A DNA stretch of 63,186 nt, the filler included, from Asterionella formosa (Eukaryota), in the NCBI GenBank assembly GCA_002256025.1. It is 15 parts of 15 records of this genome, joined end to end, with 100 filler letters (N's around TTAATTAATTAA, not from the genome) between each part and the next. Parts side by side here need not be neighbours in the genome. Positions count along the whole stretch, not along the records: positions 18,850 to 35,331 come from NKIB01004857.1; 14 more parts are not named here. The stretch is one strand, 5' to 3'. The notes beneath the pieces were generated by a model. It was not told the DNA's origin. It did not search any database and saw only the letters and a list, made by a program, of their open reading frames with translations. A program made the translations under genes and the position numbers. Each line of letters starts with the position of its first letter. The stretch's first letter is position 1. Below, piece by piece: positions 19,404 to 32,445 of the stretch.

Positions 19404-22190
19404 TTAGATGTAGATGTGCCCATCACTGATTTTGGGAGCTAGGTTGTAGAGGGTTTGAATGTGTGGGGGGATCATCCATATAGGGATGTGCACGTATTCA
19501 TACTCGGCAGCGGGGCAATCGGCACACACAATGCGGATGTAAGTGGCGCATTTGTGTGAGGGCATCTCATGCTTATGAATGAAAAAACAGCAATTAGTAC
19601 CCGTGGGCATGTCAGAATGGGGTCCCAAGCCCTGAAAAAACCGACCAATTTCTAGGCCATTGGCGGTGGCCCACAGGGGAGCAGTGCTGCAATTCAATAA
19701 TTCTTTATAGACAGCAATTTTGCCATTGTCAGGGTTGATAGCGGTGCCATGGAAACAAAAGTGAGTGTCCAGGGATGCGCATGTATTCATAATCAACAGG
19801 TGCAAGATGACTTTCGAGATAAAAATCAGATAAATCCAAAGTCTTGAAGCGGTTGTTGGGGGTACTAATGGTGCTGTTAAACAAACATTTTGCCGTAGTG
19901 AGATCAGCAATCTTGGTGCTGACATTGCCGTTTTAAATCACACAATCACCCCCAGCGGTCCAACAAACGCGTTGGGGAATGTTTTTTTTGGGGCGATTGG
20001 CACAAACAATGCGGATATAAGTGGCGCATTTGTGTGAGGGCATCTCATGCTTATGAATGAAGAAACAGCAATTAGTACCCATGGGCATGTCAGAATGGGG
20101 TCCCAAGCCCTGAAATAACCAGCCAATTTCTAGTCCATTGGCAGTGGCCCACAGGGGAGCAGCGCTGCAAGTCAATAATTCTTTATAGACAGCAATTTTG
20201 CCATTGTCAGGGTTGATAGCGGTGCCATGGAAACAAAAGTGAGTGTCCAGGGGAGGCGCACTAGTTTGAGGAGGAACGGAGCAAGCACAGTTGGCAAGGA
20301 AATATTGGGAGTGGCAACGAGTGGCATGTGGTGCATCACGTGGTGTGTTTGTATGGCGATGACGGCTCTTGAGTGCAGTGGTAGTTTGGTAAGTGACCGG
20401 AGAGCTAGGTGGCAAGGGACTGGGCAGCACAATAGCATCGCCATAGGTGCAAGGGGGTGCTGGAATGATCTTCCGGCCACTGGCAGGAGGGGACCTAGGG
20501 GTAGGGGTAGGGTTACCAGCGAGGGGAGGGTTAGGGTTAACAACACTCGGGTCGGTAGGGGTAGGGGTAGGGTTAAGCACCCTCAGTGGTTGGTCAGCAC
20601 CATCGAGGGCTGGAGAGACCGGGAAAGGTGTACAGGCATCAGGATCAGGTAGAAGGGGGATGGTGGATGCTGTGGGTGTACCGGGCACCCTCAGTGATGG
20701 AATGGGGCTTTGTAGGAGGGGAGCAATGGGTAGTTGGGTGAGCTCAGGCGGTGAGAGAATTTCAAGGAGCTGCTGGAGAGCAGCTTTGTGGGTTGCAGTG
20801 AGTGGGGCAACGGGAGACCGAGTGGTGGGATGTAACAAGGCATAGACAATGTCCTGAAAACTTGTTGTGATGAGGTCATTGGAGGAGTTACAGGGTAGGT
20901 GGACTTTGATTGGAAACCACGAGACCACCACCACAGTAGTATCACAGATTCTGATGGATCATGTATCCCACATCCAAATGCGGTAACATCAATAGGAATC
21001 AACAGCAGGGCCTACATACCAACCATCAAGAGCATGCGGAGCCCATGTTGTGCGGTGTTGGGGCTTGGCATGAACAAGGACCCGACAGCCAGGTGGAGTG
21101 AGGGGGACACGGTTGTAATCAAATGTTCCATTGACCTGTGCCCAAGCAGACAGTTTGGGGTTGATGCGTGAGCCACGGAGGAGATTAAGAGTAAGTTCAG
21201 CTTGAACTAATAGTTGGTCCCACAAGTGGAGAGGAAAGTGTTTGTCGACACTGCATACTAGACCGGCAATGAAATGGTTTTGAAAGGTGCGAATTGCACG
21301 TTCAGCGGCATTGCGACGATGGACAGCCGGCTGGACCAACTGAAAGTCAATAGCTTCGGCGTCCAAGAATTCTTTGAGGAGTGTAGAACACTCATTGTCA
21401 AGGCGTTGAAGATTGGGACGTAAGCCAGCTTTGCACAAGCGTTGGTGTAATGTTTTATATGCTGCAAGGAGGCAGGAAGCGGTTTGGTTATGAAAAGGCT
21501 GAACAAAAATGTAGTTGCTGTCATAATCATATAAAATCATGATGTAGTTGTTTCCAGTGCTGGAGGGGAGGATGAATTTTTCGGTTTGATAGGTGTAAAT
21601 TTGGCCTGTGGGTGCAATAATGGATGCAAAACACATATGGGTAGGGGTTGCAAGACCCTCAGGGTGGAAATCAGCATCACCCAGCACATTGGTAGGAATG
21701 GATGAAAGTTCGGGCTCAATGATAGTTGGGGGCACATGTGTGGACCTTAATTTTTGATGTGTTTGACCGAGGTGGCCTTTGATGGTTGCGATGGAATGAG
21801 GGGGATGTTTGCGTAGTGTATTTAAAGTTAGACCTGGAAAATTGACAAGATACCCATGGATTATTGCTCATTCCAAAGTAGAGATAACAGGAGAAAAGAG
21901 GGCCGCATGGGCAAAGGCAACAAGGGCTGGTGCATTGGAACTGCCAAGTGGAGGTAGCAGCGTAGTGTTTAGTGGTAGGCAATGGTGGATCAATAGTGGC
22001 AGTGGTGACATGCCATAATCGAGTAGTGGTGGAGCGATGGCCCTGAAGGATGCAATGACCATTGGATAAGACAGACATGTGCAGTTTGGTGAAGAGTACC
22101 TTGTAGCCGGAGTCACATAGTTGTCAAATTCTCAATAAAGAGCAATTGTGCAGACCAGGGGGGACAATGTGTACATGACAAGCAGTGGGT
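19404..22190 (-). pseudogene. pol: Decayed Copia pol (protease end, integrase, start of RT) with internal duplication
   Basis: Integrase core GNNYIMILYDYDSN..QRLDNE..HRRNAAERAIRTF..LWDQLL, and GWYVGP. It is upstream of RT-proximal TYIRIVC..RVCWTAGGD (Copia order). 19500-19775 duplicates ~19990-20250. Frameshifted; ends approximate. Confidence 0.88.
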
Positions 22191-23957
22191 AATAGCATAA
22201 TAGCATAGGTAAAGCTAATTCGGCCTTATGTGTAGATTTAACATCGCCTGCAAATAAAAAGTATCATGCATATAGGATCAAGGGTATTGTACGCTAAGTG
22301 GCACAGGATTTTCGTCTAATTGATAATTTTTGGATCAATACTTGTATGATCAAGGTATCCTATAACTATGATGATTTATTAATATTTTACCAACCTTGAA
22401 GTATAATGATAATAACAACATTATAATCTCACAATGTATATCAACTGATCAACAACATTACTCATCATCATCATAAACCTTTTCATATTATTCTCAATTC
22501 TCGTAATTGCCCGATGTAAATTATTAATACAATGCATCCTAAAATCAGCTGAACTCTATACTATCAGCCCATGAGAATTGTTTCATCGTAAATCTATCGT
22601 AAACATCATCATAATTCTATTCACAAGAACTGTTCGAAATAGATTGAAATGGATCGTTATTTAACTATCAAATTTAGCAATGCTATCTATTAATCTACAT
22701 GCCAGCAACCCAACGTTTCTCTCTCTACTCAGCTCAATGTATATTGTTCCTGTCTCGCCCTATTCTTCCTCTTTTCTGAATCTTTTGCCAAGCAATGCCT
22801 TACTAATGTTGCGTCTCTCTCCATGCTGTTAGTGTCATTCTAAACTCGCCGACTATTCCGTTGTTTGATCATTTGTATTGTCCTATGCAGTTACATCAAC
22901 AATGAGAAGGAACGACTTGTTAGCTAGACATGTTACACTGACACAACATCACGCCATTCCATAGTATCCTCTTGCTTGCTTCACTTACGACAGCCAAATC
23001 AAAGCAAGTGATGTATAAGTCTGCAATAGTAAATTGTCAGTAAATTCTTGAATAAGTAAGTTTCAGGTTTCCAATGTTGTCGAATAAAACTTACCGATTC
23101 ATTTTCATTAGGTTAACTTTGAGAGAAAGTAAAGTGGCGTGTCCATCAGTTATGTTCCATCAGAAGTGAATAAGTCCAATGACAAGAGCACTTACCAATT
23201 TTCTTTTGTTTTGTTTTACATTGGTGCTCCCCAACAAGCGAAACAAGCTGTTGATTCAACTGAGAAAAAAGGAAATGTGCATTTAGTTTACAATTTGTTG
23301 TTGTCCTGCCTTCCAACAATTGTCATCCAAGTACCACATTGATGGCTTCATTACCTTAAACATACTCCATCCTTAGAAGGCGCAATGTGTCGAAGCCACA
23401 ATGTTTTTCGTTATTGCTTAAACTTTCCTTACTGCGATATTTCTTTTCATGAAGCAGGCATTATTTGTTAACATGACAGAACGATTTCAAATATATTTGC
23501 CATTTATATAGTTATAAAATTTGTAAATATATAAATATATCAAGTGTCGTACATTTATAAAAATCAATAGCACTCTCAATATGGAACGTCTGGTATTGTT
23601 GAGATGATCATATTTGCATATAGATAATTCGAAAATATTCAATGCACTATATGTCCATTGATTTCCACGACTTTGTGTACCGGTACTGTTTTTTGAAATT
23701 TATTTGCATTAATATTTTCTATGTCCGTTGGAACTAATTATTTAGACCATTCAATTGGTGTACTAAGTCATAACCCATTTGTATCATTATTTATACGCGA
23801 GGATTGTGGTAGCAAATTGTGTAAGCCCCTTTTTAGGGCGGGAGTTCTTCATGTGTACTGGTACATCACACAACAACAACATTTTATCATATATATACAG
23901 AGTACCAGTAGCAGGTAGGAAGTGATATACTGGGGATACCAGGTAGTCAGAGTACCA

Positions 23958-24279
23958 GGTAGTAAGCGAGCAAGAGAACACCATATGTTCATGACTGTTG
24001 CTACTGCAGTGGGACAGTAAATTATCATAGTTTCAGGATCGTATGATGATAAAATTGAAAAAAGATAGTTGGAGTAGTGAGCAAGCAACAGAGCACCATA
24101 TGGTCATGACTGCTGCTACTGCAGCGGGACATTAAATCATCATATTTTTAGGATTGTATGATCATAAAATCTTGAAAAAGAATAGATGGTGTAGTAAGTG
24201 AGCAACAGAACACCATATGCTCATGACTGTTGCTACTGCAGTGGGACAGTAAATCATCATAGTTTCAGGATTGTACGAT
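23958..24279. repeat. ~118-bp tandem repeat, ~2.7 copies
   Basis: CACCATATG-TCATGACTG-TGCTACTGCAG-GGGACA-TAAAT-ATCATA recurs three times. Confidence 0.88.
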
Positions 24280-25859
24280 TTTAGTTATGGAGTGCTTCTT
24301 CCGGATTGGCAACCATGTCTGGAGTTGCCTTTAATTTACATTTTGCTTTTGATTTGGAAGGGGGAGATTTTATATAAAGTCTATCAGATTCGATAGACTC
24401 AATTAGACGCTCTGAGGAAGCAGAAACAAGATCTACCATGGGCATACAAGCAACACGATCTTTACTTTTTGGAATGGTATTAGGAGAAGATGAACTGGCA
24501 TCATCTATTTCGTTTTCACTCGCCTGTGTCAATGCATAAACGGAGAATACAAGACGTCAGTGACCTTTATTTGGAATGACAGGTATAACTAATTCCATCG
24601 GCTCGTCAGGAAAAAAGTTTCCCAATTTAGGCCGATGCTTCTCAAATGTGGCCGTAATGGTGCACAGAAGCTTGTTCCTCTTTTCTTCTGTATCAATACC
24701 AGTACCAGCAATATTAGTAAAAATACAGGGATCATTTGAAACGCCCCAATAACGGAGAAGTTTATCAACATCATTGGACTCATTTCGATAACCATTGTTG
24801 CTGTACGAAATTGGAATCAGCTATTGATTGAAAAATGGTTCTGGTACCCTCATAAATATTTTACACTTCTTCAGAGTGGCAAGAGCATATGTGTGGGACA
24901 AGCTACATTACATATGCATATATAAGCTATGTAAATATAGCGGTCACTTTGTGAAAAGTACATGTGTGGCAATGGGGTTAGGCTGTCCTATATAGTGCCT
25001 CTGATGTTGCCGATAAAAGGATTTCTTAAAACAATGGGATAGTAAAATGTTATTAAGCAAAGTTACGATTGTTATTTCGAACCCCCTGCTATTCACGGTT
25101 CATGTGATGCTACTATTTCCTGAATGAAATGAAGCTACTTCCTGATTAGTGATGTTGCGGCTCAAATTCTGCAGCATACAAACGTGCTCGCCAATAACTA
25201 GTCAATGAGAATGGAAGACCCATGGCTAATTAAGGCCATGAGCAACAAACTGCGCCGCCATCTGGTCCATCTTTACTTTGATCCACATCTCATCTTGAAG
25301 AATAGATTCGAAAAACGGATCGATGTTCGCAATTGGCGAATTATGATGATCAAAAGGTACTATCTTCTTGATTTCGGTTGGAATTGGAATCGGGTATGGC
25401 CCTCAATGCATCGTTCTCCAATTCTGTCATATAAATTGACTAAAGCTTTTGATTTCGAGTAACAAACAAACAATCAAACTTCTCCAGCACAATTCCCCAT
25501 CAATATCGAGACCATATCATTCGTTATAAGACTGAGATCATCGTTGTCCCCGCAAGAAGGTAGCTCGTAAGGGATTCAACAAACGCACAAGGCTTGTAAG
25601 AAATTCGATTACTGATATGCGAATGGAAAGATAATGACGAATACTACCAGTACAAGAATTGGATCAAAGCATGTACTGGTGGTAGAGCATTCGAATCGGA
25701 ATGGCAACAAGGAACGCACCGTTGTTGCACAGAAATCATTCTAATAGCATCGTCGGGTACAAGGTTTACATACACGTAAGGTGATCTGTGTAAAGTCATA
25801 ACCTTCGCTAAAACAATAATTGATCAAAGAGCAACAGCTATTGATCAATCAAACAACGT

Positions 25860-26216
25860 ATCAATACATCAAAGCATTTGGTTAGCATATTAGTTTTGAT
25901 AACTAATATATATGACTTCTATCTATGCGTAACCTGACATGATGTGTAAGAAAATAATCTGACAAACAAATTTGATTGACCACACCGACACGGTCATTGA
26001 TATATCAAAATTATCATCAACATAACAAAACATTTGATCAATATATCAACAATTTTGGTTAACCGATTAGATTTGGTAACTAATATATATGAGTTCTTAC
26101 TATATACGCATAACCTAACGTGTGTATGCTAGTAACCTAGCTAATGTACAAATTTGATTGATCATACAGACGCTCCCATTGATGTATCAAATTTACCATC
26201 AACATGTCAAAATATT
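25860..26216. repeat. ~180-bp degenerate tandem duplication in AT-rich block
   Basis: TAACTAATATATATGA, ACAAATTTGATTGA and CATTGAT-TATCAAA each occur twice in register. Confidence 0.75.
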
Positions 26217-27141
26217 CGAATAATCAATCAGTTTTTTAATGTATGCTGAGTAAAACGTTAGATCTAATGGAAAATTTATTCACAGACAGTTATATTTTTT
26301 TCCATGATTAGAAAGAAGAGAATGTCATTCATTCTGAGTGGACTGCTACTACTATGGAAAACAATCAAAATGATCTATTCCCAAAGAATTCGGCAAGATC
26401 ATAATTTGAAAAGCATACTGCTTCGTTTTCTAGTAAGGATACTAAGTAAATGATGACCCATGATGGAAAAATAGACTCTCCTGGGGAAGTGTTGGAAGTT
26501 ATAGAAACTCTGGGTGACATTGAGAGTCTAATGAGTCAAATTGTGAAATGACTAATGGGACTAAAAGTGGGATCAAAAGTAGTTGGAGTAGAAGCCTTGA
26601 ATTGTATTTTGTAGCTAAGATTGAATTTGGCAGGACTGGTTTCTTGGCAAGATTGATTGTTTAGAAATAATTACAATTAGTTCAGAATCTGAGAACCTGC
26701 TTGACTTGAGTAAGGTAGAACAGTGCAAGGTACTATTTTGAGTCTACCAAGTCATTCCCCATCTGGGTTACTTGGAACACTAGCTAATGGTAATCAGTCA
26801 CACTTCATGGCTTAGATACACTTAGCTACCGGTACAATCATCGCAAAATTCTACTAGTATAATACCCGTTTTATTTTTAATCCGGTATATCACAATGACT
26901 CTTATTTCAATTTGTACCATCTCGTCGTGCTTTATTATATTTTAAAAATCCTCTGTGAATTTCATTATCCTTGATGAAATGAACGCTATTGGGTCATTAT
27001 AATTATTAGAAACGGATCATGAGAAATTTGGACTGCAAGGAAAAGTGAAACTGCCTGTCAGGCATGACTGTCTGTAACACCCTAATATGCTATAGCATGT
27101 ATTTCTAACATAGCCATATTATCCCCATCGCAGATTTCATC

Positions 27142-28884
27142 ATGCTACCCACCACCATCAAGTCCTACTGCGGATTTGCATTAGACACGAACTACATGGT
27201 GGAACCATTTCGTATTTGCAGCAGCATTGCCAACAACACAGCCAGCTGTGCATCAAAGTCGGTTCTCGAGTCTGTTGGTTGCTTTTGGCAATCAGGGTCC
27301 TGCAGTCCCACCAAGGCTGGATTTGAGGGGTATTGTTCGTCGAAAGTAACTTCAACTACTTGCTTTGCGACACCTGTTCAACTATACACAGATGCTTGTG
27401 TCTGGTACCGAGTGGAAGTTGCTCTTAACGCTTTTTGCGGATTTCCTTTCGACAAAAACCCGTGGACGTATCCTCCATCGCTATGCAGTATCAAAGCGAA
27501 AACCGCAGGGGAATGCGAAGGTACTGGATTCCTATCTTCTTCATTTTGTATTTGGAAAGGAGACTCGTGTGAATCTGCCCCAAGCAACATCCAATTCGCC
27601 AACGAGTGCTCGTCGTTCAGTAATGCCGGAAAATGCTATGGTTATCGAGGTGGCGACGGAAACGGATTGTGCAAATGGTATGAGCCAACCAGGCCTCCCA
27701 CAATGTCTCCTACCCTGCACCCCACTGTCAACCCAACGTTGTCGTCCATTCCGTCTAGGTCTCCTTCAGTGGTCCCTTCCAAATCATTGAACCCGACTTT
27801 ATCTTCCATTCCGTCGCGGTCGCCTTCACTGATGCCTTCGATTTCGTCCTTACCTTCAAATGATCCGTCACCTGCTCCAACTTCGGCTCCTTCTGCTCGC
27901 CCAACACCCCGACCCGCGAACCGACTAGACGTTGCCCCAATTCAGTTGCTAACACCAAATCCGACGCACCAACCGACTTCAAATCCTACTCGTCCGCCAT
28001 CACCCTTTCCAACCAACCTTCCCTCAGCGATTCCGACTATAGTTTTGACTGAAAGACCAACTCAACGACCGACTCGCGCGCCGACCGTCTTAATTACGAT
28101 TTCGCCCATTGCTCCAAGTCGGTCACCTTCCGCAGTACCGTCTACAGATCCCACATTCACTCCCACTTCACTGCCTTCGAGAAAACCGTCAGCCTTGCCG
28201 TCCAATCAACCGTCGTTTTCACCTGCTCGATCACCGTCTGCAACACCGTCTGAATTTCCGTCAGCCGTCCCATCTAGATCGCCCACCGAAACTCCAACGC
28301 AAACTCCTTCTTTCTCGGATGCTCCCAAACCTGAAGCGACGAAGGACTCACCTGGCATGGGTGCCTGGACCATCGCAGCGTTTGGTGTTGCCGGTGCAGC
28401 AGTTGGAGGAGCTGGTTGCTGTGGAGCTTGCTTTTGGTTATCTAAAAAGAAGGATGAATCGGCAGATAGGAATGACACTGGTGATGGTTCCCATACAACA
28501 TTTGGGGCATTCAAGGCGAATGTGCGGCCAGATCCTCGTTCAGAAATTTCTATCCCAATTGGAAACAATGACAAAACAGTTGAATGCGACATTTCCAGCC
28601 ATGATGATATACGAATAAATCGTTTTGTTTCGACTGTGGCTTCCACAAAACGCCAGCGAGGGACTGTCCTTGTAACGCCATCCCCGCCAGGTTGGGTATG
28701 GGAGAAATGTCTTCGCAATGTCCTGGGGAAGCAGGAACCTGCCTTCCCAAAAACCTCAACTCTTGAAACAGCGGACGAAAACAAATCCATTGTTATTATT
28801 GGATCTCCACCTGGATGGATATGGGAGAAACTAATTCGCTTTATCAGAAAATCCGAGCTAACGGTTCATCCAGATGGAAAGTAG
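27142..28884 (+). CDS. Type I membrane protein: two Cys-rich repeats, Pro/Ser/Thr stalk, TM helix, cytoplasmic tail; probably has an upstream exon
   Basis: 580-aa ORF; duplicated CGF..D.N..C..W..C..CSS..C..WY module; PSxxPS repeats; TM AWTIAAFGVAGAAVGGAGCCGACFWL then KKK; acceptor-like CGCAG just upstream and no signal peptide in the ORF. Confidence 0.8.
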   Translation: MLPTTIKSYCGFALDTNYMVEPFRICSSIANNTASCASKSVLESVGCFWQSGSCSPTKAGFEGYCSSKVTSTTCFATPVQLYTDACVWYRVEVALNAFCGFPFDKNPWTYPPSLCSIKAKTAGECEGTGFLSSSFCIWKGDSCESAPSNIQFANECSSFSNAGKCYGYRGGDGNGLCKWYEPTRPPTMSPTLHPTVNPTLSSIPSRSPSVVPSKSLNPTLSSIPSRSPSLMPSISSLPSNDPSPAPTSAPSARPTPRPANRLDVAPIQLLTPNPTHQPTSNPTRPPSPFPTNLPSAIPTIVLTERPTQRPTRAPTVLITISPIAPSRSPSAVPSTDPTFTPTSLPSRKPSALPSNQPSFSPARSPSATPSEFPSAVPSRSPTETPTQTPSFSDAPKPEATKDSPGMGAWTIAAFGVAGAAVGGAGCCGACFWLSKKKDESADRNDTGDGSHTTFGAFKANVRPDPRSEISIPIGNNDKTVECDISSHDDIRINRFVSTVASTKRQRGTVLVTPSPPGWVWEKCLRNVLGKQEPAFPKTSTLETADENKSIVIIGSPPGWIWEKLIRFIRKSELTVHPDGK

Positions 28885-29051
28885 AAGACAAGTAGAAATT
28901 ACACATGTATATACAATAGGACAGTAGCGCTACATGGGAAATTTCAACCTCCCAGACATTGCGGAGATTAAGAGTATAACACTTCAGAAATACATAGCCA
29001 TGCTTACGTATTTCTACAACATTTAATCATTGTTTCACAGAAAATTCTCTA

Positions 29052-29949
29052 CTACAAATCAACAGTGTCGGTTGGATCTTGGTCCACCCTCTTGACATAG
29101 TAAACTTCCATTTCTCCTTCGCCTGATTCTGCTTCAACAACTGGCATCGTTTCGGGAGTCATGACTTCATTCTTTGACCGGCCTATTGGCGTTTGCATGG
29201 AAGAGCTCACTGAATATTCTTCGTCAGATTCCTCGGCAACTCGCTTTTCTATTTCTTTCAATTTCCGCCGCGAATAAAGTTCTCCATCGATGACCACCAG
29301 GTCATCTGTCACTGACCCGGAAAAGCAACAGGAAATTAAAAAGGCCACAAACCAAAGAATAACTGCAGCCACGGCTACCAACCCGCTGTCGGCTAGTTTG
29401 CATGAGGTACCTTCACCCACATCTTGACAAAGCCCCGATTGAAGGGTTAAAAATGATAGTCCTACAAGGATACATTGCACAAAGAGTATCACTGACATTG
29501 TTTTGGCTTGGCACTTTCCCAAAGTGAAGCATGCCATGAATATGATCCAAATTATCAATGCGATACTCATTAATACCGAAGTCACAACTAGATATTGGAC
29601 TGCGTAGAAGGTTTTATCACCGAATCCATCCGTTTGTGCTACAGTGTATCCTGCGCACTGACCCTGAGTATAGTCCAGTTCATCGTAAGGTTTCAACCAA
29701 TTGAACAATCCAGCCGAAATTCTGTAACTGGAATAGTAAGCTCCTGCTCCTCCATTCGTAAAGAGCTCGGGAAAGCCCCCCAGTTTGGATTGAAAGTCAA
29801 CAAAAACGAAGCGACAGCTCATGAACGCATACAATGTGGCTGCCATTGCTGATATCGATGCAAGAAGTAGTCCTACCAGGAGGGTGCGCCCATGAGGGGT
29901 TGAGCTATGGCAAGGAGTCAAATTGTGAGAACCAGTGCAACATCCCCAT
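29052..29949 (-). CDS. Claudin/PMP22-like four-TM protein; likely start MGCC at 29949 is out of frame by 1 nt
   Basis: Four hydrophobic helices, GLF..C..Y first loop, second loop LC..C.L; the ORF track starts at TTG 29921. Confidence 0.7.
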
Positions 29950-31139
29950 CACAAGTTGGTTGTCGATACTGTCACTGTCTTGATGTCTTGCCGAGTGCTC
30001 CTTCAAGATGTACGCACCAACAACCTCTAAAAGTCATCAATTTCATTGCCCCTTAACCTTGTTGTTGTATAAATTAAGCTGTGTTACGTAATGCAATAAG
30101 AAATTAAGAGTCGATGTGAAACAAAGAATCTACCGGTATTTCTCAATATAATCTAAAGCAACCAAAAACGAGGTGCAGTTTGGTTCTCGTGGCAAAAGGG
30201 AACACCCAGCGCGCCACCAAACATTGGCAGAGGAGGCGGCCCGGTCGTTCCTGGCCGGTTCTGGCTCCCAACACTGATGATAGGTTGTATTCTGGTGCCA
30301 GGTTGGAGTACCTGGTAGGAGTACCAGGGCACAGTATGGTAATCCTACAACACATCCAATTGTCTCGAGTGATATTTATATTTACATACCCGTATATCAA
30401 TGCAAATTCAAGACTCCGAAATTTGTCTACTACGAAATGTTTTCCTGAATTATTAAAAGAAGTAGGACGGTTTCAACGGTTCGAAAACCTCCTCTAAGAA
30501 TATTGCTATTAGTCCGATTCTACACCCAATACAGTACATAGAGTTGCTCCTGCACATTTGACCCGTTGAGGAATTCACCTCTTTCCACCTAGAGACTGGT
30601 TGGCGTTGCTTGAGAGAAGGGCTGGGGAGGATTGCTGGCTTTGGCTTTGTCACTCAATTAGTATAAAACCTCCTAGCAAATGCTCCTGTCTCGAATCTCC
30701 TCCTCAGCATCAGTTTAGACCAGCTGTGCGAGGGTCGATTGGCACCAAACGTGACGATCTGATAACATACGAAATACCGGTACCTGCCTGGTTCTCCGTT
30801 TATCGCATTGCTTGGCTGCTGCCTTATTTTATGAGTACTGTGTTGTTAATAATTTTAACCAGGATCATCTGCGTAGAAAAGTCATCAATTCACACGCGAT
30901 TCCCTCTCTTTTACCGGCATTCATATTTCGCCGTAGCAAAGCAAAAATTAGTGTACTCCGGACTTGTACTGAGTCCTCCGAGTGCATCATACCGGGGGTA
31001 GGATTGTTGTCTGTTGTATGTCCTGCATGCAAAATATCGGGATCCAGCAAAATCTAAAAACGCTGTGAATTGGATATTAATATCTACTTCATAAATTTCT
31101 CGACTACATTACAACATTCGACGATGCTGGTCCTGTAAA

Positions 31140-32432
31140 ATGACTGATTTATTACCTCACGACGATTTTCTCACTGCTCCATCTCATCGCTACAACTATG
31201 GAGATTACGATCAATATACGCTGCCCCAACATTTGAATGTTAGTTACCTCGATGACGATGAACTGAACATTGGCAATGCTGTCGAGATGGTTCCAGTTGA
31301 ACTCGCCGGGCGAGCCAAACTTCGGACAATAGCTGGCCATCATGATGATGAATTGGATCGAGACCGACCTTCCAACGAACGATTGTTGTTGACTGCGTTT
31401 TTCTCCTTCATGGGGTTTACTATCGCTCAATCGATCGCTTCGTATTTTGCAGGCTCCGAAGCCATGATGGGAGACTCGGCTGCCATGGGAGTGGACGCAC
31501 TGACTTATTTGTTTAATTTACTAGCCGAACGCCGTAAATCTCGCTTTGAAGAATTTTGGACTGGCACGGATGAAACTGATCCAGAGAAGAAGAAACGCAC
31601 GAAACAAAGAGCGAAACGGAAAATGATACTGCAATTGGAAATTTTTACCCCCATCCTTTCCGTCACGACCTTGCTGGTTGTCACCGGGGTTGTTCTTCAC
31701 TCCAGTATCGGTACTTTGGTGCTAGATTCTCATCGTGATCAGACAGAACAGGGAGATCCCAACGTGAACTTGATGTTGGGCTTTTCACTTTTTAATATTG
31801 TGTTGGATGTCATGAATGTCTGTTGTTTTGCCCGCGCCAACAGATTTTGTGGTTATAACACCTCCAATGTGGAGACACATCCTCACGGAAAGGAGTTTTC
31901 TGGGGACGCTGTGAATTCGAAGTCTCTACCACCAAGGAATTATGCTGCAGTTGGATTGGGAGAGGCTTTTGATGGCCGAGAAGTCCCCAACAGTGATTCG
32001 AACGGCCGTGATCCGAGAATACCTGGTGAGCAGGCCAACAGCAATGGTCATTATTCGCCTGGAGGACAGACTGATTCATGGCAGCAACCAAATCATAACG
32101 ATCATTCGAGAATAGAAGACGAGGGTGAAGACGAAGCCAACCTCAACATGTGTTCAGCCTATACGCACGTCTTTGCCGACACATTGCGATCTGTTGCTGT
32201 CGTCATTGCCGCAAGTTTGGCAGAATTAGTTGATGGAGTAACTTCAGAAGAAGCCGATGCTGCGGCCGCTGTTACCGTTTCGATTCTCATTATTCTGTCT
32301 TTGCTACCGCTCGCGCGTGGCCTTTGTCGGTCAGGTGCTGAATTGCGAGGGATCTACGCAGAGGAGCGCGACGAGAAACTATATAACTCCGGAGTCAGCA
32401 AGGTAGAAAACAAAACAAATGAAATTACTTAG
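31140..32432 (+). CDS. Cation diffusion facilitator (ZnT/CDF-like) transporter
   Basis: Six TM segments, SEAMMGDSAAMGVD (TM2), NLNMCSAYTHVFADTLRS (TM5), ADAAAA in TM6, long polar loop between TM4 and TM5. Confidence 0.85.
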   Translation: MTDLLPHDDFLTAPSHRYNYGDYDQYTLPQHLNVSYLDDDELNIGNAVEMVPVELAGRAKLRTIAGHHDDELDRDRPSNERLLLTAFFSFMGFTIAQSIASYFAGSEAMMGDSAAMGVDALTYLFNLLAERRKSRFEEFWTGTDETDPEKKKRTKQRAKRKMILQLEIFTPILSVTTLLVVTGVVLHSSIGTLVLDSHRDQTEQGDPNVNLMLGFSLFNIVLDVMNVCCFARANRFCGYNTSNVETHPHGKEFSGDAVNSKSLPPRNYAAVGLGEAFDGREVPNSDSNGRDPRIPGEQANSNGHYSPGGQTDSWQQPNHNDHSRIEDEGEDEANLNMCSAYTHVFADTLRSVAVVIAASLAELVDGVTSEEADAAAAVTVSILIILSLLPLARGLCRSGAELRGIYAEERDEKLYNSGVSKVENKTNEIT

Positions 32433-32445
32433 AAGTATTGCTAAG

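Noticed and set aside
20497..20577. TAGGGG/TTAGGG tracts as an interstitial telomere
   Set aside because: They encode NPTPTP/NPNP in the proline-rich linker of Copia pol on the minus strand
23958..24279. CRISPR-like array (also 47389-47590, 54690-55190, 62486-62797)
   Set aside because: Whole units are homologous, with no unique spacers and no cas genes; eukaryotic tandem repeats
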